NCBI GenBank assembly: GCA_963807605.1 | Contig: CAWECG010000001.1 | Location: 288,001-352,000 of the forward strand | DNA: 64,000 nt | Origin: Candidatus Bathyarchaeota archaeon | GTDB taxonomy: Archaea > Thermoproteota > Bathyarchaeia > 40CM-2-53-6 > RBG-13-38-9 | Direction of reading: 5' to 3' | Shown: positions 10,221 through 19,122 of the stretch, piece by piece | How positions within the stretch are numbered: position 1 is the first letter of the stretch | Layout of the letters: each line of letters starts with the position of its first letter | Made by a program: the position numbers and the translations under genes | The notes under the pieces: model-generated | Database searches by the model: none | What the model saw: the letters and a program-made list of their open reading frames with translations, nothing else | What the model was told of the DNA's origin: nothing

Positions 10221-11684
10221 CTAGATCTTTAATTTCAAGTTGAGTTCGCCAAGATTCTGTTCCAGGGTATATGCTGCCCTTATCAGCAGGTCCTCCCGAA
10301 AGGCCGGAGCCATTAGCTGAAGACCTATAGGTAGTCCTTGACTTGAGCCGCAGGGCATCGAGACTGCGGGTATACCTGCGAGATTTGCAATAACCGTATC
10401 AACGTCGCACATGTACATCTCTAGAGGATCTAAGAGTTTCTCTTTGAGTTTGAATGGAAGGATCGGCATGGTTGGGGCAGCCAGCAGGTCAACGTTCTTG
10501 AAGGCCTTAGACAGTTCCTGCTTGATTAAGGTCCTGACCCTTTGGGCTTTCAAGTAGTATTGGTCGTAGTAGCCAGCTGAGAGTGCGAAGGTTCCAAGCA
10601 ATATCCTCCTTTTGACTTCAGGACCGAAGCCTCCTTTCCTGTTTCTGGAGTACGCTACGCTCCAATCGTAATTCTCATCTTTTAGTCTTAATCCGTATCT
10701 TATACCGTCGTATCGGGCCAAGTTGGAGCTAGCTTCGGACACAGCAATGATATAGTATGAGGCTAATGCATAGTCGAGGGTTTCGAGTTTGATCTCATTG
10801 TAGGTCGCGCCGAGTTCCTCAAGTTTTAGTATGGCTTTCCAAACGTTCTTTGACACAATCTCGTTTGTTCCTTCGCCGAAGAGTTCCTCTGGAATTCCAA
10901 TCCTCATTCCTGCTACGTCTTCAACGAGATTTGTCTTCAGTCTTGTTGGACCCTGGGCGACCGATGTACTGTCGCGGTTGTCGTGACCAGCTAGGATGTC
11001 TGTTAGCAAGGCTACATCAGAAACATTTCTCGCTATAGGAGATATCTGCTCCAGACTGTTGGCATAGGCGATGAGACCGTATCTGCTTACTAGACCATAC
11101 GTAGGTTTGAGTCCGACTACGCCGCAGAAGCTTGCGGGACATCTTACGGAACCTCCAGTGTCAGAGCCTAAAGAGACCGTTGCTTCCAACGCAGCAACAG
11201 AAGCAGCACTTCCTCCAGATGAGCCTCCGGGAACCCGTCTCAGATCGTGGGGGTTGAAGGTCGGTCCGAAGTGACTATGTTCTGTGGACGAGCCCATGGC
11301 AAACTCGTCCATATTTGTCTTGCCAATTATCACTCCGTCCTGCGACTGAAGCTTCTCAACTACTGTTGCATCGTAAGGGGGAGTGAAGTTCTCAAGCATC
11401 TTTGAACCGCATGTTGTCCTTATCCCGTTTGTGCAGATGTTGTCCTTAATCGCTACAGCGATACCGGCGAGGGACCCGACCTCCAGATTCTTACCAAGTT
11501 TGGTATCTACTTCATGGGCCTTTTCTAGGGCGAGTTTCTCGGTTAAGGTTACGAAGGCGTGTATCTTCGTGTCAACCTTCTTTATTCGTGCAAAGCATTC
11601 ACTGATGTATTCTTCAGCTGAAAGCTCCTGTGTCCTTATTCTCTCGGCAAGTTCAGAGGCCGAGAGCTCCAGAATTTTTGACAT
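10221..11684 (-). CDS. gatA: Asp/Glu-tRNA amidotransferase subunit A
   Basis: KDN, GKTNMDEFAMGSS, PGGSSGGS, GSDTGGSVR amidase signature. Confidence 0.97.
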   Translation of the reverse strand: MSKILELSASELAERIRTQELSAEEYISECFARIKKVDTKIHAFVTLTEKLALEKAHEVDTKLGKNLEVGSLAGIAVAIKDNICTNGIRTTCGSKMLENFTPPYDATVVEKLQSQDGVIIGKTNMDEFAMGSSTEHSHFGPTFNPHDLRRVPGGSSGGSAASVAALEATVSLGSDTGGSVRCPASFCGVVGLKPTYGLVSRYGLIAYANSLEQISPIARNVSDVALLTDILAGHDNRDSTSVAQGPTRLKTNLVEDVAGMRIGIPEELFGEGTNEIVSKNVWKAILKLEELGATYNEIKLETLDYALASYYIIAVSEASSNLARYDGIRYGLRLKDENYDWSVAYSRNRKGGFGPEVKRRILLGTFALSAGYYDQYYLKAQRVRTLIKQELSKAFKNVDLLAAPTMPILPFKLKEKLLDPLEMYMCDVDTVIANLAGIPAVSMPCGSSQGLPIGLQLMAPAFREDLLIRAAYTLEQNLGELNLKLKI

Positions 11685-11695
11685 GCCAAGTTCAA

Positions 11696-11989
11696 CTAGA
11701 CGATTCTAGGTGCTCGGATGAATCTTCCCTTTTTCGCTGGCACGCCTTTGAGGAGTGATTCTGAGGGCTTGGTTTGCGGCTCATCCTCACGCATAACGTT
11801 CGTGACTTCTACAACATGGTATGTTGGCTCTACCCCTTCAGTATCTGCCTCATCAAGTTTCTTGAAGTACCTTAGGATCTCACTCATTTCCTCTGCGTAC
11901 TTCTCTTCCTCCAATTTTGAGATTCGGATTCTTGAAAGCCAAGCTAAGTGTTTGACTTGTGCTCTCGTTATCTCTTTGCTCTTGACCAT
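11696..11989 (-). CDS. gatC: Asp/Glu-tRNA amidotransferase subunit C
   Basis: VKHLAWLSRI, NVMRED, FIRAPRIV; lies upstream of gatA. Confidence 0.92.
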   Translation of the reverse strand: MVKSKEITRAQVKHLAWLSRIRISKLEEEKYAEEMSEILRYFKKLDEADTEGVEPTYHVVEVTNVMREDEPQTKPSESLLKGVPAKKGRFIRAPRIV

Positions 11990-12001
11990 TCCTGATCGCC
12001 T

Positions 12002-13327
12002 TTACGGTGTGAGCCTCTGCGGATCTCTAGGGAAGAGAACGACCTCACGTATGTTTTCAACGCCTGTCAATATCATTATGAGTCTATCCAAACCCAATCC
12101 GAAGCCTGCGTGTGGCGACATTCCGTAATCAAAAATCTTCAGATGGTACTCAAAATTCCTAGGGTTCAAACCCTTTTCAACGAGTCTCTTAGCAAGCTCT
12201 TTTCTGTCACTTATTCTGGAACCACCTGAAGCTAGCTCGATAGAGCCATGCATAAAGTCGAAGGACTCGCAGATCTTTGGGTTACTCTCCTTCGGCTTTA
12301 GGTAAAATGCTTTAGAGGTTGTTGGCCAGTCAATGATGAAATGGTAGTCTGGGAAGATCTTTGAATAGCTCTTTAGGTGGGCTGTTGAGAGATCGTCTCC
12401 CCATTCGATCTTAACTCCTTCTTTTGCTAGGAGTTCTAGAACGTCATCATATGTGATTCTCTTAAGTGGTAACTGTGGAGGTTCGAGTTTGATATTGAGA
12501 ACGGACAACTCCTCCTTGCACCCTAAATTGAGTGATGTTATTACATTGGAGATCATTCTTTCAAGCAGCTCCATCACGTCGTTATAGGTTACGTAAGCCT
12601 GTTCTATGTCTACCGAGATCGCTTCACTCAGGTGCTTCAGCGTCCTAAACTGCTCAGCCCTGAAGATTGACCCTATCTCGAAGACCTTCTCGAAGACGTT
12701 TGCCAATTGTTCTTTGTAGAGTTGTGGACTCTGAGCTAGGAAAGCCTCTTTGTCGTAGTAGAGCAGAGGAAAGAGGGCTGCTCCCCCTTCTGTCGCTGAG
12801 GCTATTATCTTTGGAGTGTTAACTTCGATGAAGCCCTCCTCATGCAGGAATTGCCTCATGGTCTGAAGAACAGCGCTTTTAATTTTGAATATGGCTTGGG
12901 ACTGCGGGCGAAGAAGATCAATAGTACGAAGATCGAGCCGTTTGTCTATACTTTGTTCGGCTTTTCCGTAAGGGTCGAATGGAAGCTTCTTCCGTGGCTC
13001 ATCGAGAATCTTGATATCCGATGGGGCGATCTCGGCGCCGTGGGGGGCTTTTGATATGCTCTTCACGTATCCCCTCACCCCAAGTGAACTGTATTGTTTG
13101 AGACCTCTGACGGTGTCTAAAACGGAGGTCGGAGATTTGTCCCTTTGAACTGTTACCTGAACAATTCCTTTCATATCTTGCAGTATAATGAAGGTGATTC
13201 CTCCTTGCTCACGTATACTCACAACCCGGCCGAAGAGCGTGACTTCTTTTCCTTCAAGGCTCGGGTTAACATCAATGGAGTAACGTGTTCTCCTCCAACC
13301 ACTCAGACCCTTGGAATCTTCAGGCAA
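12002..13327 (-). CDS. aspS: Aspartyl-tRNA synthetase, archaeal type (probably non-discriminating)
   Basis: OB N-terminus, ATEGGAALF, LAQSPQLYK, FRAE, PHAGFGLGLDR; operon with gatCAB. Confidence 0.95.
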   Translation of the reverse strand: MPEDSKGLSGWRRTRYSIDVNPSLEGKEVTLFGRVVSIREQGGITFIILQDMKGIVQVTVQRDKSPTSVLDTVRGLKQYSSLGVRGYVKSISKAPHGAEIAPSDIKILDEPRKKLPFDPYGKAEQSIDKRLDLRTIDLLRPQSQAIFKIKSAVLQTMRQFLHEEGFIEVNTPKIIASATEGGAALFPLLYYDKEAFLAQSPQLYKEQLANVFEKVFEIGSIFRAEQFRTLKHLSEAISVDIEQAYVTYNDVMELLERMISNVITSLNLGCKEELSVLNIKLEPPQLPLKRITYDDVLELLAKEGVKIEWGDDLSTAHLKSYSKIFPDYHFIIDWPTTSKAFYLKPKESNPKICESFDFMHGSIELASGGSRISDRKELAKRLVEKGLNPRNFEYHLKIFDYGMSPHAGFGLGLDRLIMILTGVENIREVVLFPRDPQRLTP

Positions 13328-13546
13328 CCTACTAACCCTTGCCCCAGTTATTCTGACCCCTTTTATTACCTTTACAGTCTAACTAGCAGTCGTACTCTCT
13401 CTTGCTGAGAATTGAGTATACCAAGGCTGTTTGGCCTAGATTCTCCACTTTCAAAGTATTTATTACGAAAAGGTTGTGAGGGAAGACTCTGTCAGAAGCC
13501 AACTGAGTCGGACTCATGTTGTCCAAGGAGTATTAGACTAAAAGTC

Positions 13547-14236
13547 GTGAAAAATGTGTCCGCCCCAAAGTATTCCGTACATGCATCTCACCTAGCGAAG
13601 ACCTATGGGAATAGATACGGTCTCAGAGATGCAAACCTCGAAGTGGTAGACCACGAAGTATTTGCCCTCATGGGGCCAAATGGAGCGGGAAAATCAACAT
13701 TGCTGAGGATCTTGGCGACTCTCACCAGGCCAACCACTGGAGAGGCCAAGATATGTGGATATGATCTTCTCAAGGAGCCTCAGACAGTCAGAAAGCTGAT
13801 TGGTGTCATGCTCCACCAAAGCGTACTCTATGATGAGTTGACTGGCAGAGAAAACCTGTCATTCTATCTGCGACTCTACGGTTTCAGAGAGAGAATGATA
13901 GTAAGAGAACTGATCGCCAAAAAGGCCACCATATTCGGCTTAGAAGATCGGCTTGATGACCGCGTCGGAACGCTTTCGAGCGGACTGAAAAAGAGGTTAG
14001 ACATTGTCAGAGCAACTATCCATGGCCCGAGACTTATACTGTTGGACGAGCCTTTCGCAGGCCTTGATCCTGATGGGGAAGAGTGTCTCAAAAACTATCT
14101 GAAACATGCAAAAGACAATTCGGCTATTCTATTCACGACTCACAGTCTAGATATTGCTGAAGAGACTTCTGATAATATCGCTATGTTAAAGGATGGGGCA
14201 GTGGCGGAGGGGCGTCACCTCACAGCTAGGGAGTGA
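13547..14236 (+). CDS. ccmA: Heme ABC exporter ATPase (start approximate)
   Basis: GPNGAGKST Walker A, LSSG signature, LLDEP; precedes ccmB/ccmC. Confidence 0.85.
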   Translation: MKNVSAPKYSVHASHLAKTYGNRYGLRDANLEVVDHEVFALMGPNGAGKSTLLRILATLTRPTTGEAKICGYDLLKEPQTVRKLIGVMLHQSVLYDELTGRENLSFYLRLYGFRERMIVRELIAKKATIFGLEDRLDDRVGTLSSGLKKRLDIVRATIHGPRLILLDEPFAGLDPDGEECLKNYLKHAKDNSAILFTTHSLDIAEETSDNIAMLKDGAVAEGRHLTARE

Positions 14237-14255
14237 GGCACGTGGTGAGGAAGTG

Positions 14256-14951
14256 ATGCGCAAATCATTGATATTCGAATTCTTTGGAGATGTGTGGGAG
14301 CTTCTGCTTAAAGATCTGCGACTAGAGTTGAGAAGGAGATACGAGGTCTATTCAATCATCATATTTGCTTTGCTCTCAAATCTTTCGTTTGGATTTGCGT
14401 TGGGAGTTGTGACCCCTGATGTACTTGAGTTTGTTCCGGCTGCTCTTTGGATTTCCATACTTTTCATTGGCATGTTAGGTTTTACAACGGTCTTTGTTAG
14501 GGAGATGGACAAGGGATCGATTGATGGATTGAGATTGGCTCCAGTCTCTCCTCAGAGCATACTTCTCGCAAAAACGCTGTACACTTTTTTGCTTATGAGT
14601 GCGGGCACAGTCTTCGTCGTTCCTTCAAGTATGATTATTATGAATTATACTTTCCAATCAGACTACTTGCTGGTAATCATGGTATTTGCGTTGGGCATCC
14701 TCAACATAGCGATTATCGGCTCAATAGTCTCAGCTTTGGCGATGTACTCCGAGTCGAGGATCCTCATCATCCCCGCCTTGTCTCTTCCGCTTGTCCCCGG
14801 CACTTTAATACCTTCAATACTTGCAACGGGGAAACTTGCATCTGGAGCGCGGATCGATGTTATTCTGCCGGAACTTCAGTTAAATATCGCGTTTCTTCTG
14901 CTGATGATTGCTGTCTTATGGATAACGTTTGAATATGTGCTGCGTGATTGA
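14256..14951 (+). CDS. ccmB: Heme exporter membrane protein B
   Basis: KDLRLELR, REMDKGSIDGLRLAP, LSLPL; multi-TM. Confidence 0.88.
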   Translation: MRKSLIFEFFGDVWELLLKDLRLELRRRYEVYSIIIFALLSNLSFGFALGVVTPDVLEFVPAALWISILFIGMLGFTTVFVREMDKGSIDGLRLAPVSPQSILLAKTLYTFLLMSAGTVFVVPSSMIIMNYTFQSDYLLVIMVFALGILNIAIIGSIVSALAMYSESRILIIPALSLPLVPGTLIPSILATGKLASGARIDVILPELQLNIAFLLLMIAVLWITFEYVLRD

Positions 14952-14961
14952 TGGTGACCCC

Positions 14962-15636
14962 ATGAATAATCGGTTTACCTTTCCCGGAGTCTTTCTTGTC
15001 AATATCGTTGCACTCTACATGATCTTCATCTGGGCTCCACCCGAAAAGACTCTTGGCGATTCCTACAGAGTTTTCTTCATTCATACTCCTTCTGCTTGGG
15101 TTTCCTATCTCGCATTTGCCATTACCTTCTGTAGCAGCGTTTTCTATCTCAGGACTTACAAGCTAAGCTGGGATCTGTATGCTGCAGCTTCATCGACACT
15201 CGGCATTCTTTTTTCCATAGTTACTCTGGTTACGGGCTCCATATGGGCGAAGCTAGCCTGGGGATTATACTGGAACTGGGATCCTCGGGAAACTTCTACT
15301 TTGATACTCCTTATGGCATATCTTGCTTATGCTAGTCTAAGGATGGCTGTTACCGAAAGAGATCGAAGAGCTCGAATCTCGGCCGTCTTAGGGATCTTGA
15401 TGTTTGCGACTATTCCATTGAGTTATCTGTCAGCAGTCTTCTGGACTACGCTTCATCCAATGCTTCTGTTGCCTACCAGCAGTCTTCGGTTGAGTGTCGA
15501 ACCGTCTATTCTCTTGACGTTGATTGTCTCTGCCTCTGGAGTAACATTATTATTCATCTGGATGTTCTACCTCACGCTGAGCATTTACCGGATGAACGAG
15601 ACTATTGGGGTTGCCTTGCTGGAGAGTAAGGGATGA
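14962..15636 (+). CDS. ccmC: Heme chaperone-loading membrane protein C
   Basis: FFIHTPSAW, WWD motif WAKLAWGLYWNWDPRET, TLHP histidine. Confidence 0.92.
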   Translation: MNNRFTFPGVFLVNIVALYMIFIWAPPEKTLGDSYRVFFIHTPSAWVSYLAFAITFCSSVFYLRTYKLSWDLYAAASSTLGILFSIVTLVTGSIWAKLAWGLYWNWDPRETSTLILLMAYLAYASLRMAVTERDRRARISAVLGILMFATIPLSYLSAVFWTTLHPMLLLPTSSLRLSVEPSILLTLIVSASGVTLLFIWMFYLTLSIYRMNETIGVALLESKG

Positions 15637-15764
15637 CCACTTTAGAATTACTGCTTGCAGTCTCGCTGATCTTTTGGGGCGCCATATTTTTCTATCTTCT
15701 GTGGCTGCATTCGAAGATAAGGGAGCTCACCAAGAATATTGACAGATTGAGACAAAGGGAATAG
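15633..15764 (+). CDS. ccmD: CcmD-like 43-aa single-TM protein (not in the ORF track)
   Basis: MTTLELLLAVSLIFWGAIFFYLLWLHSKIRELTKNIDRLRQRE; ATGA overlap with the ccmC stop; ends 1 nt before ccmE. Confidence 0.75.
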   Translation: MTTLELLLAVSLIFWGAIFFYLLWLHSKIRELTKNIDRLRQRE

Positions 15765-15765
15765 T

Positions 15766-16134
15766 TTGAGATCTTACAAAATACTGATTCTGATAGTAAT
15801 CTTGGTCGGGGCGGGATACCTGATTCTTCAAGCATCTCGATCGATCATGAATCCATACCTGTCAGTCTCAGAGGTTAAAGCGCACCCTGAATTATACTCT
15901 GGCAAAGAGATCCAGCTAATTGGGAACATCACTGGACCTTTGAGTAGTGGACTCCAAGGTCTAGAATTCGGTCTTACGGATGGAACAACCTCCATTCGGG
16001 TGTCGTACGTCGGGCCAATCCCTCAAAATTTCATGGAAGGCATCCGTGTCGTGATCATAGGAAAGTTGAATGCAGACGGTAATTTCTTTGCTGACCAGAT
16101 ACTTACGAAGTGTCCATCAAAGTATGTCTCTTGA
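15766..16134 (+). CDS. ccmE: Heme chaperone CcmE, CxxxY variant
   Basis: N-terminal TM, YLSVSEV, C-terminal TKCPSKY. Confidence 0.9.
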   Translation: MRSYKILILIVILVGAGYLILQASRSIMNPYLSVSEVKAHPELYSGKEIQLIGNITGPLSSGLQGLEFGLTDGTTSIRVSYVGPIPQNFMEGIRVVIIGKLNADGNFFADQILTKCPSKYVS

Positions 16135-16206
16135 AGACCTCTGACAATAACTCTAATCGTCTAATTTTGATTAGGAACTTGGCAATTTGCGTGGAGATGC
16201 CATCTA

Positions 16207-17568
16207 ATGCGAATCGTCCTTGTGCAACCACCTAGTGATCCTCTCTGTCATGAAGCCGTCTTTGGATTGAAGACGCCCCCGCTTGGCCTTGCCTACATCG
16301 CGGCCTACCTTGAAGAGAGGGGGTTCAAGCCCAGTATCATAGACATGTCTGTCAAGCAGATGTCGGTGAGGGATCTAAGATCTGAACTTCAAGCTGTGAA
16401 TCCAGATATCGTTGGTATCTACTGCTCAATTACTAGAGCGAGGCAGAGTCTGCAGGTAGCAGAAATAGCAAAGTCACTGGGGGCAACGGTTGTCCTCGGC
16501 GGACCTCATGCTACGCTCGAACACGAGACCTTAGTTAGAGATGAAAATGTCGATGTGATCGTTCGCGGTGAAGGGGAAGCGGTATTCTCTCGCCTAGTTG
16601 AATCGATCGAATCAGGCAGCAGTCTAAAAGAGCTTAGGGGTGTAGTCTTCAAAGAAGGCGACAATATCAACATTAACCCGGTAGCCGCGTTGATTACTGA
16701 TCTCGATGTTCTTCCCTTTCCAGCGTTTCATCTTCTGCCCATGGAGAGTTACAAGATATGTAACTACATTTCAGTCTGCACCCTCTCGTCAAGTCGAGGA
16801 TGTTCTCGCAAATGCAGGTATTGTGTTGTTCCAGAGATGTATCAGGGTAAATGGCGCGGCAAGACTCCACAGAGGGTTGTTGATGAAATTGAGCATATAT
16901 CGTCTGTCTACAAGCCGAGCCTTCTGCTTTTTTTTGACGAATTCTTTACCGAGGATCTCAGTCGAGTGGAATCAATTATTGACGAAATTCGTCATAGAAG
17001 CCTGGATGTAAAGTGGGCGTGCATGAGTACTGGAACAAACGTGTCAAAAGAATTGATGATAAAGATGCAGAAGGCAGGGTGTCTTGCTCTCTTCTTCGGA
17101 GTTGGATGCGAGGTTATCAGCTCAACGCTCAGTTCTGTTGGTCTAAGCGAAGGAGATGTAGTTAGAGGAGCTTGCATGAACGCCCATCAAGCAGGCATAT
17201 TCCCAATCGCAAATGTCGTCTTCGGCTTCCCCGGAGAGACTCGAAGTGACTTTGAGGAGCTTATACGGTGGGTAATCGAATTGGATCCTGACCACGCGCT
17301 ATTCTTCAGGGCGGTTCCTTACAGCGAATTTGGAGAGGGCGAACTTGAGGAAATGGAACGATTTGCCTATAAGAAATTCTACGGCAGAAAGAGCTATCCC
17401 CTAAGGCATACCGCACGGTCAATAACAAGAGCCGCAAGATCTCGGCAGTTCTCACTTGATTTCATACTGAAGTATGCAAGATGGTACATCGAAACTTTGA
17501 GGAAAACAAGCAGCTTGCAAAACTGCACTTCAAGAGACTCATTTATCTTCGATAACGAACGTATCTGA
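16207..17568 (+). CDS. Cobalamin-binding (class B) radical SAM enzyme
   Basis: PPLGLAYIAAYL, GGPHAT, GEGE; SRGCSRKCRYC CxxxCxxC motif. Confidence 0.9.
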   Translation: MRIVLVQPPSDPLCHEAVFGLKTPPLGLAYIAAYLEERGFKPSIIDMSVKQMSVRDLRSELQAVNPDIVGIYCSITRARQSLQVAEIAKSLGATVVLGGPHATLEHETLVRDENVDVIVRGEGEAVFSRLVESIESGSSLKELRGVVFKEGDNININPVAALITDLDVLPFPAFHLLPMESYKICNYISVCTLSSSRGCSRKCRYCVVPEMYQGKWRGKTPQRVVDEIEHISSVYKPSLLLFFDEFFTEDLSRVESIIDEIRHRSLDVKWACMSTGTNVSKELMIKMQKAGCLALFFGVGCEVISSTLSSVGLSEGDVVRGACMNAHQAGIFPIANVVFGFPGETRSDFEELIRWVIELDPDHALFFRAVPYSEFGEGELEEMERFAYKKFYGRKSYPLRHTARSITRAARSRQFSLDFILKYARWYIETLRKTSSLQNCTSRDSFIFDNERI

Positions 17569-17606
17569 GTTAATCGTCATTCTCTCTAGTCTGTGTTTAC
17601 AAGGAT

Positions 17607-17708
17607 GTGGACGCGCGTAGGATTTTTTTCAAAGCGGCTTTAACCTGCTTCCATGTAATCTTCCTGGCAATGATTTTGGAACTGTTAATCCTACTGTATA
17701 TCCTGTAA
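17607..17708 (+). CDS. Putative 33-aa single-TM microprotein
   Basis: GTG start after AAGGA; MDARRIFFKAALTCFHVIFLAMILELLILLYIL. Confidence 0.4.
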   Translation: MDARRIFFKAALTCFHVIFLAMILELLILLYIL

Positions 17709-17721
17709 ATTGCCCGCTAGC

Positions 17722-18732
17722 CTACCGCCAAGTAACATGTACAACGAACTCGACTAGATCCTCAAGAGTCCGCTGATTACGGAAGTGCATTCCTGCTATC
17801 GCATCTGTCGCTTTCCTCTCGAATTGTTCGGAAAGGCCTTGGACGTGTTGAATGGACGTCGAATTCTCAAAGACCTCCATGAGATCCTCCGTACTGCTGC
17901 AACTTTCATTGGTTCTAGTCAATCCGTCTGTGAAATGCGGTGAGGACTTGCCAGAGTTGATAAAAGAATGAATGAGAACGAGGTTGGATCCTTGACCTAG
18001 GAGACACTTGCCCGACAATGTCGTTTTGTTTGCGAAGGCAGCCAAGATCTCCTGGACGTCATCTCTAAGCTGCAAGCTCAGACCAAGATATTCACCGTAC
18101 TTTGAGAGCAATTCTACCTCCTTACTATCGCCGCCTCCAATTAATGCTCCTGACCCTGCTGCCGCTCTTACTAAGGCGCCAGTCTTCTTTCTGACCATTG
18201 TCAGGTAGTTTTCCTCAGTCACTGTCTCCGGATGTTTCTTGAAGACAGTGTCTAGGTACTCGCCCTCAGACATCTCAATGCATGCTTCAGCCATAGTTCT
18301 TCTAATCTTGACTGAGGGGTTCTCGGAGATTATCTGCATGGCCTTGGCGATTAGAAGGTCTCCGCTGAGCACAGCAACATCTCTATCATATTTCGTGTGG
18401 ACCGTTGGCGCCGCTCGCCTTTCCAAATCATTATCGATAAGGTCGTCATGAATCAATGAGGCCGTGTGAATAAGTTCCACAGCGGTAGCCACTGGCAGAG
18501 CCTTCAGGAAGTCGCCTCCAACCGCTTCGCAGGTCATTAGGGTTAACAATGGTCGAAGCCTCTTGCCGCCAGATATTATTGGATGGAGCGATGCGTCGTA
18601 AAGAAGTCTAGCCTCGGAGGGAACTTGAAGAACTTTCAGTAATTCCTTTTCTATAATCGCTAACTTAGCCTTCAGGAGTCTGCGATGCTTCATTGAGTCA
18701 ATCAAAAGATTCCTTTGTTTGGTCATATTCAT
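17722..18732 (-). CDS. Trans-polyprenyl diphosphate synthase
   Basis: GGKRLRP, HTASLIHDDLID, RR, KKTGAL, QLRDDVQE. Confidence 0.9.
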   Translation of the reverse strand: MNMTKQRNLLIDSMKHRRLLKAKLAIIEKELLKVLQVPSEARLLYDASLHPIISGGKRLRPLLTLMTCEAVGGDFLKALPVATAVELIHTASLIHDDLIDNDLERRAAPTVHTKYDRDVAVLSGDLLIAKAMQIISENPSVKIRRTMAEACIEMSEGEYLDTVFKKHPETVTEENYLTMVRKKTGALVRAAAGSGALIGGGDSKEVELLSKYGEYLGLSLQLRDDVQEILAAFANKTTLSGKCLLGQGSNLVLIHSFINSGKSSPHFTDGLTRTNESCSSTEDLMEVFENSTSIQHVQGLSEQFERKATDAIAGMHFRNQRTLEDLVEFVVHVTWR

Positions 18733-18917
18733 GATTCTAGCACTTCTAGACCTGGCATGGTTGCGGATTGTGGATGGCCGATGCCATATCTTCTTTGCGG
18801 TAAGGCAGATGTTCTGCGAACAAGAATAATCGTTGAAGCGTACTTAAGTCGAGCGCTAGGTTGGTCTTTCCTAGTGGTGTTGGCAAACACTGGAATCTTG
18901 AGCGACAAGCAGCTAGG

Positions 18918-19122
18918 CTAGTGTGGAATGAATAGTGAAAGGACTTTTCCAAGCACCCAGATACCCAGTATTGCTATGACTATCATTGCTAAAGTCGAAT
19001 CCGTAGATGAAAGCTGTGAACTTTGGTTGTCTCGGTTTTCCAATGAACGCAGCCAATATGGCGACGTATACAGGGACGAGGACTATTCCAAATATCAGAA
19101 GATACCCAAGGCTGATCATCAT
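18918..19122 (-). pseudogene. Small two-TM membrane protein after nrfD, frameshifted near 18996
   Basis: Helix 1 (LGYLLIFGIVLVPVYVAILAAFIG) is in the listed ORF; helix 2 (TLAMIVIAILGIWVLGKVLSLFIPH*) continues in a shifted frame. Confidence 0.6.
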
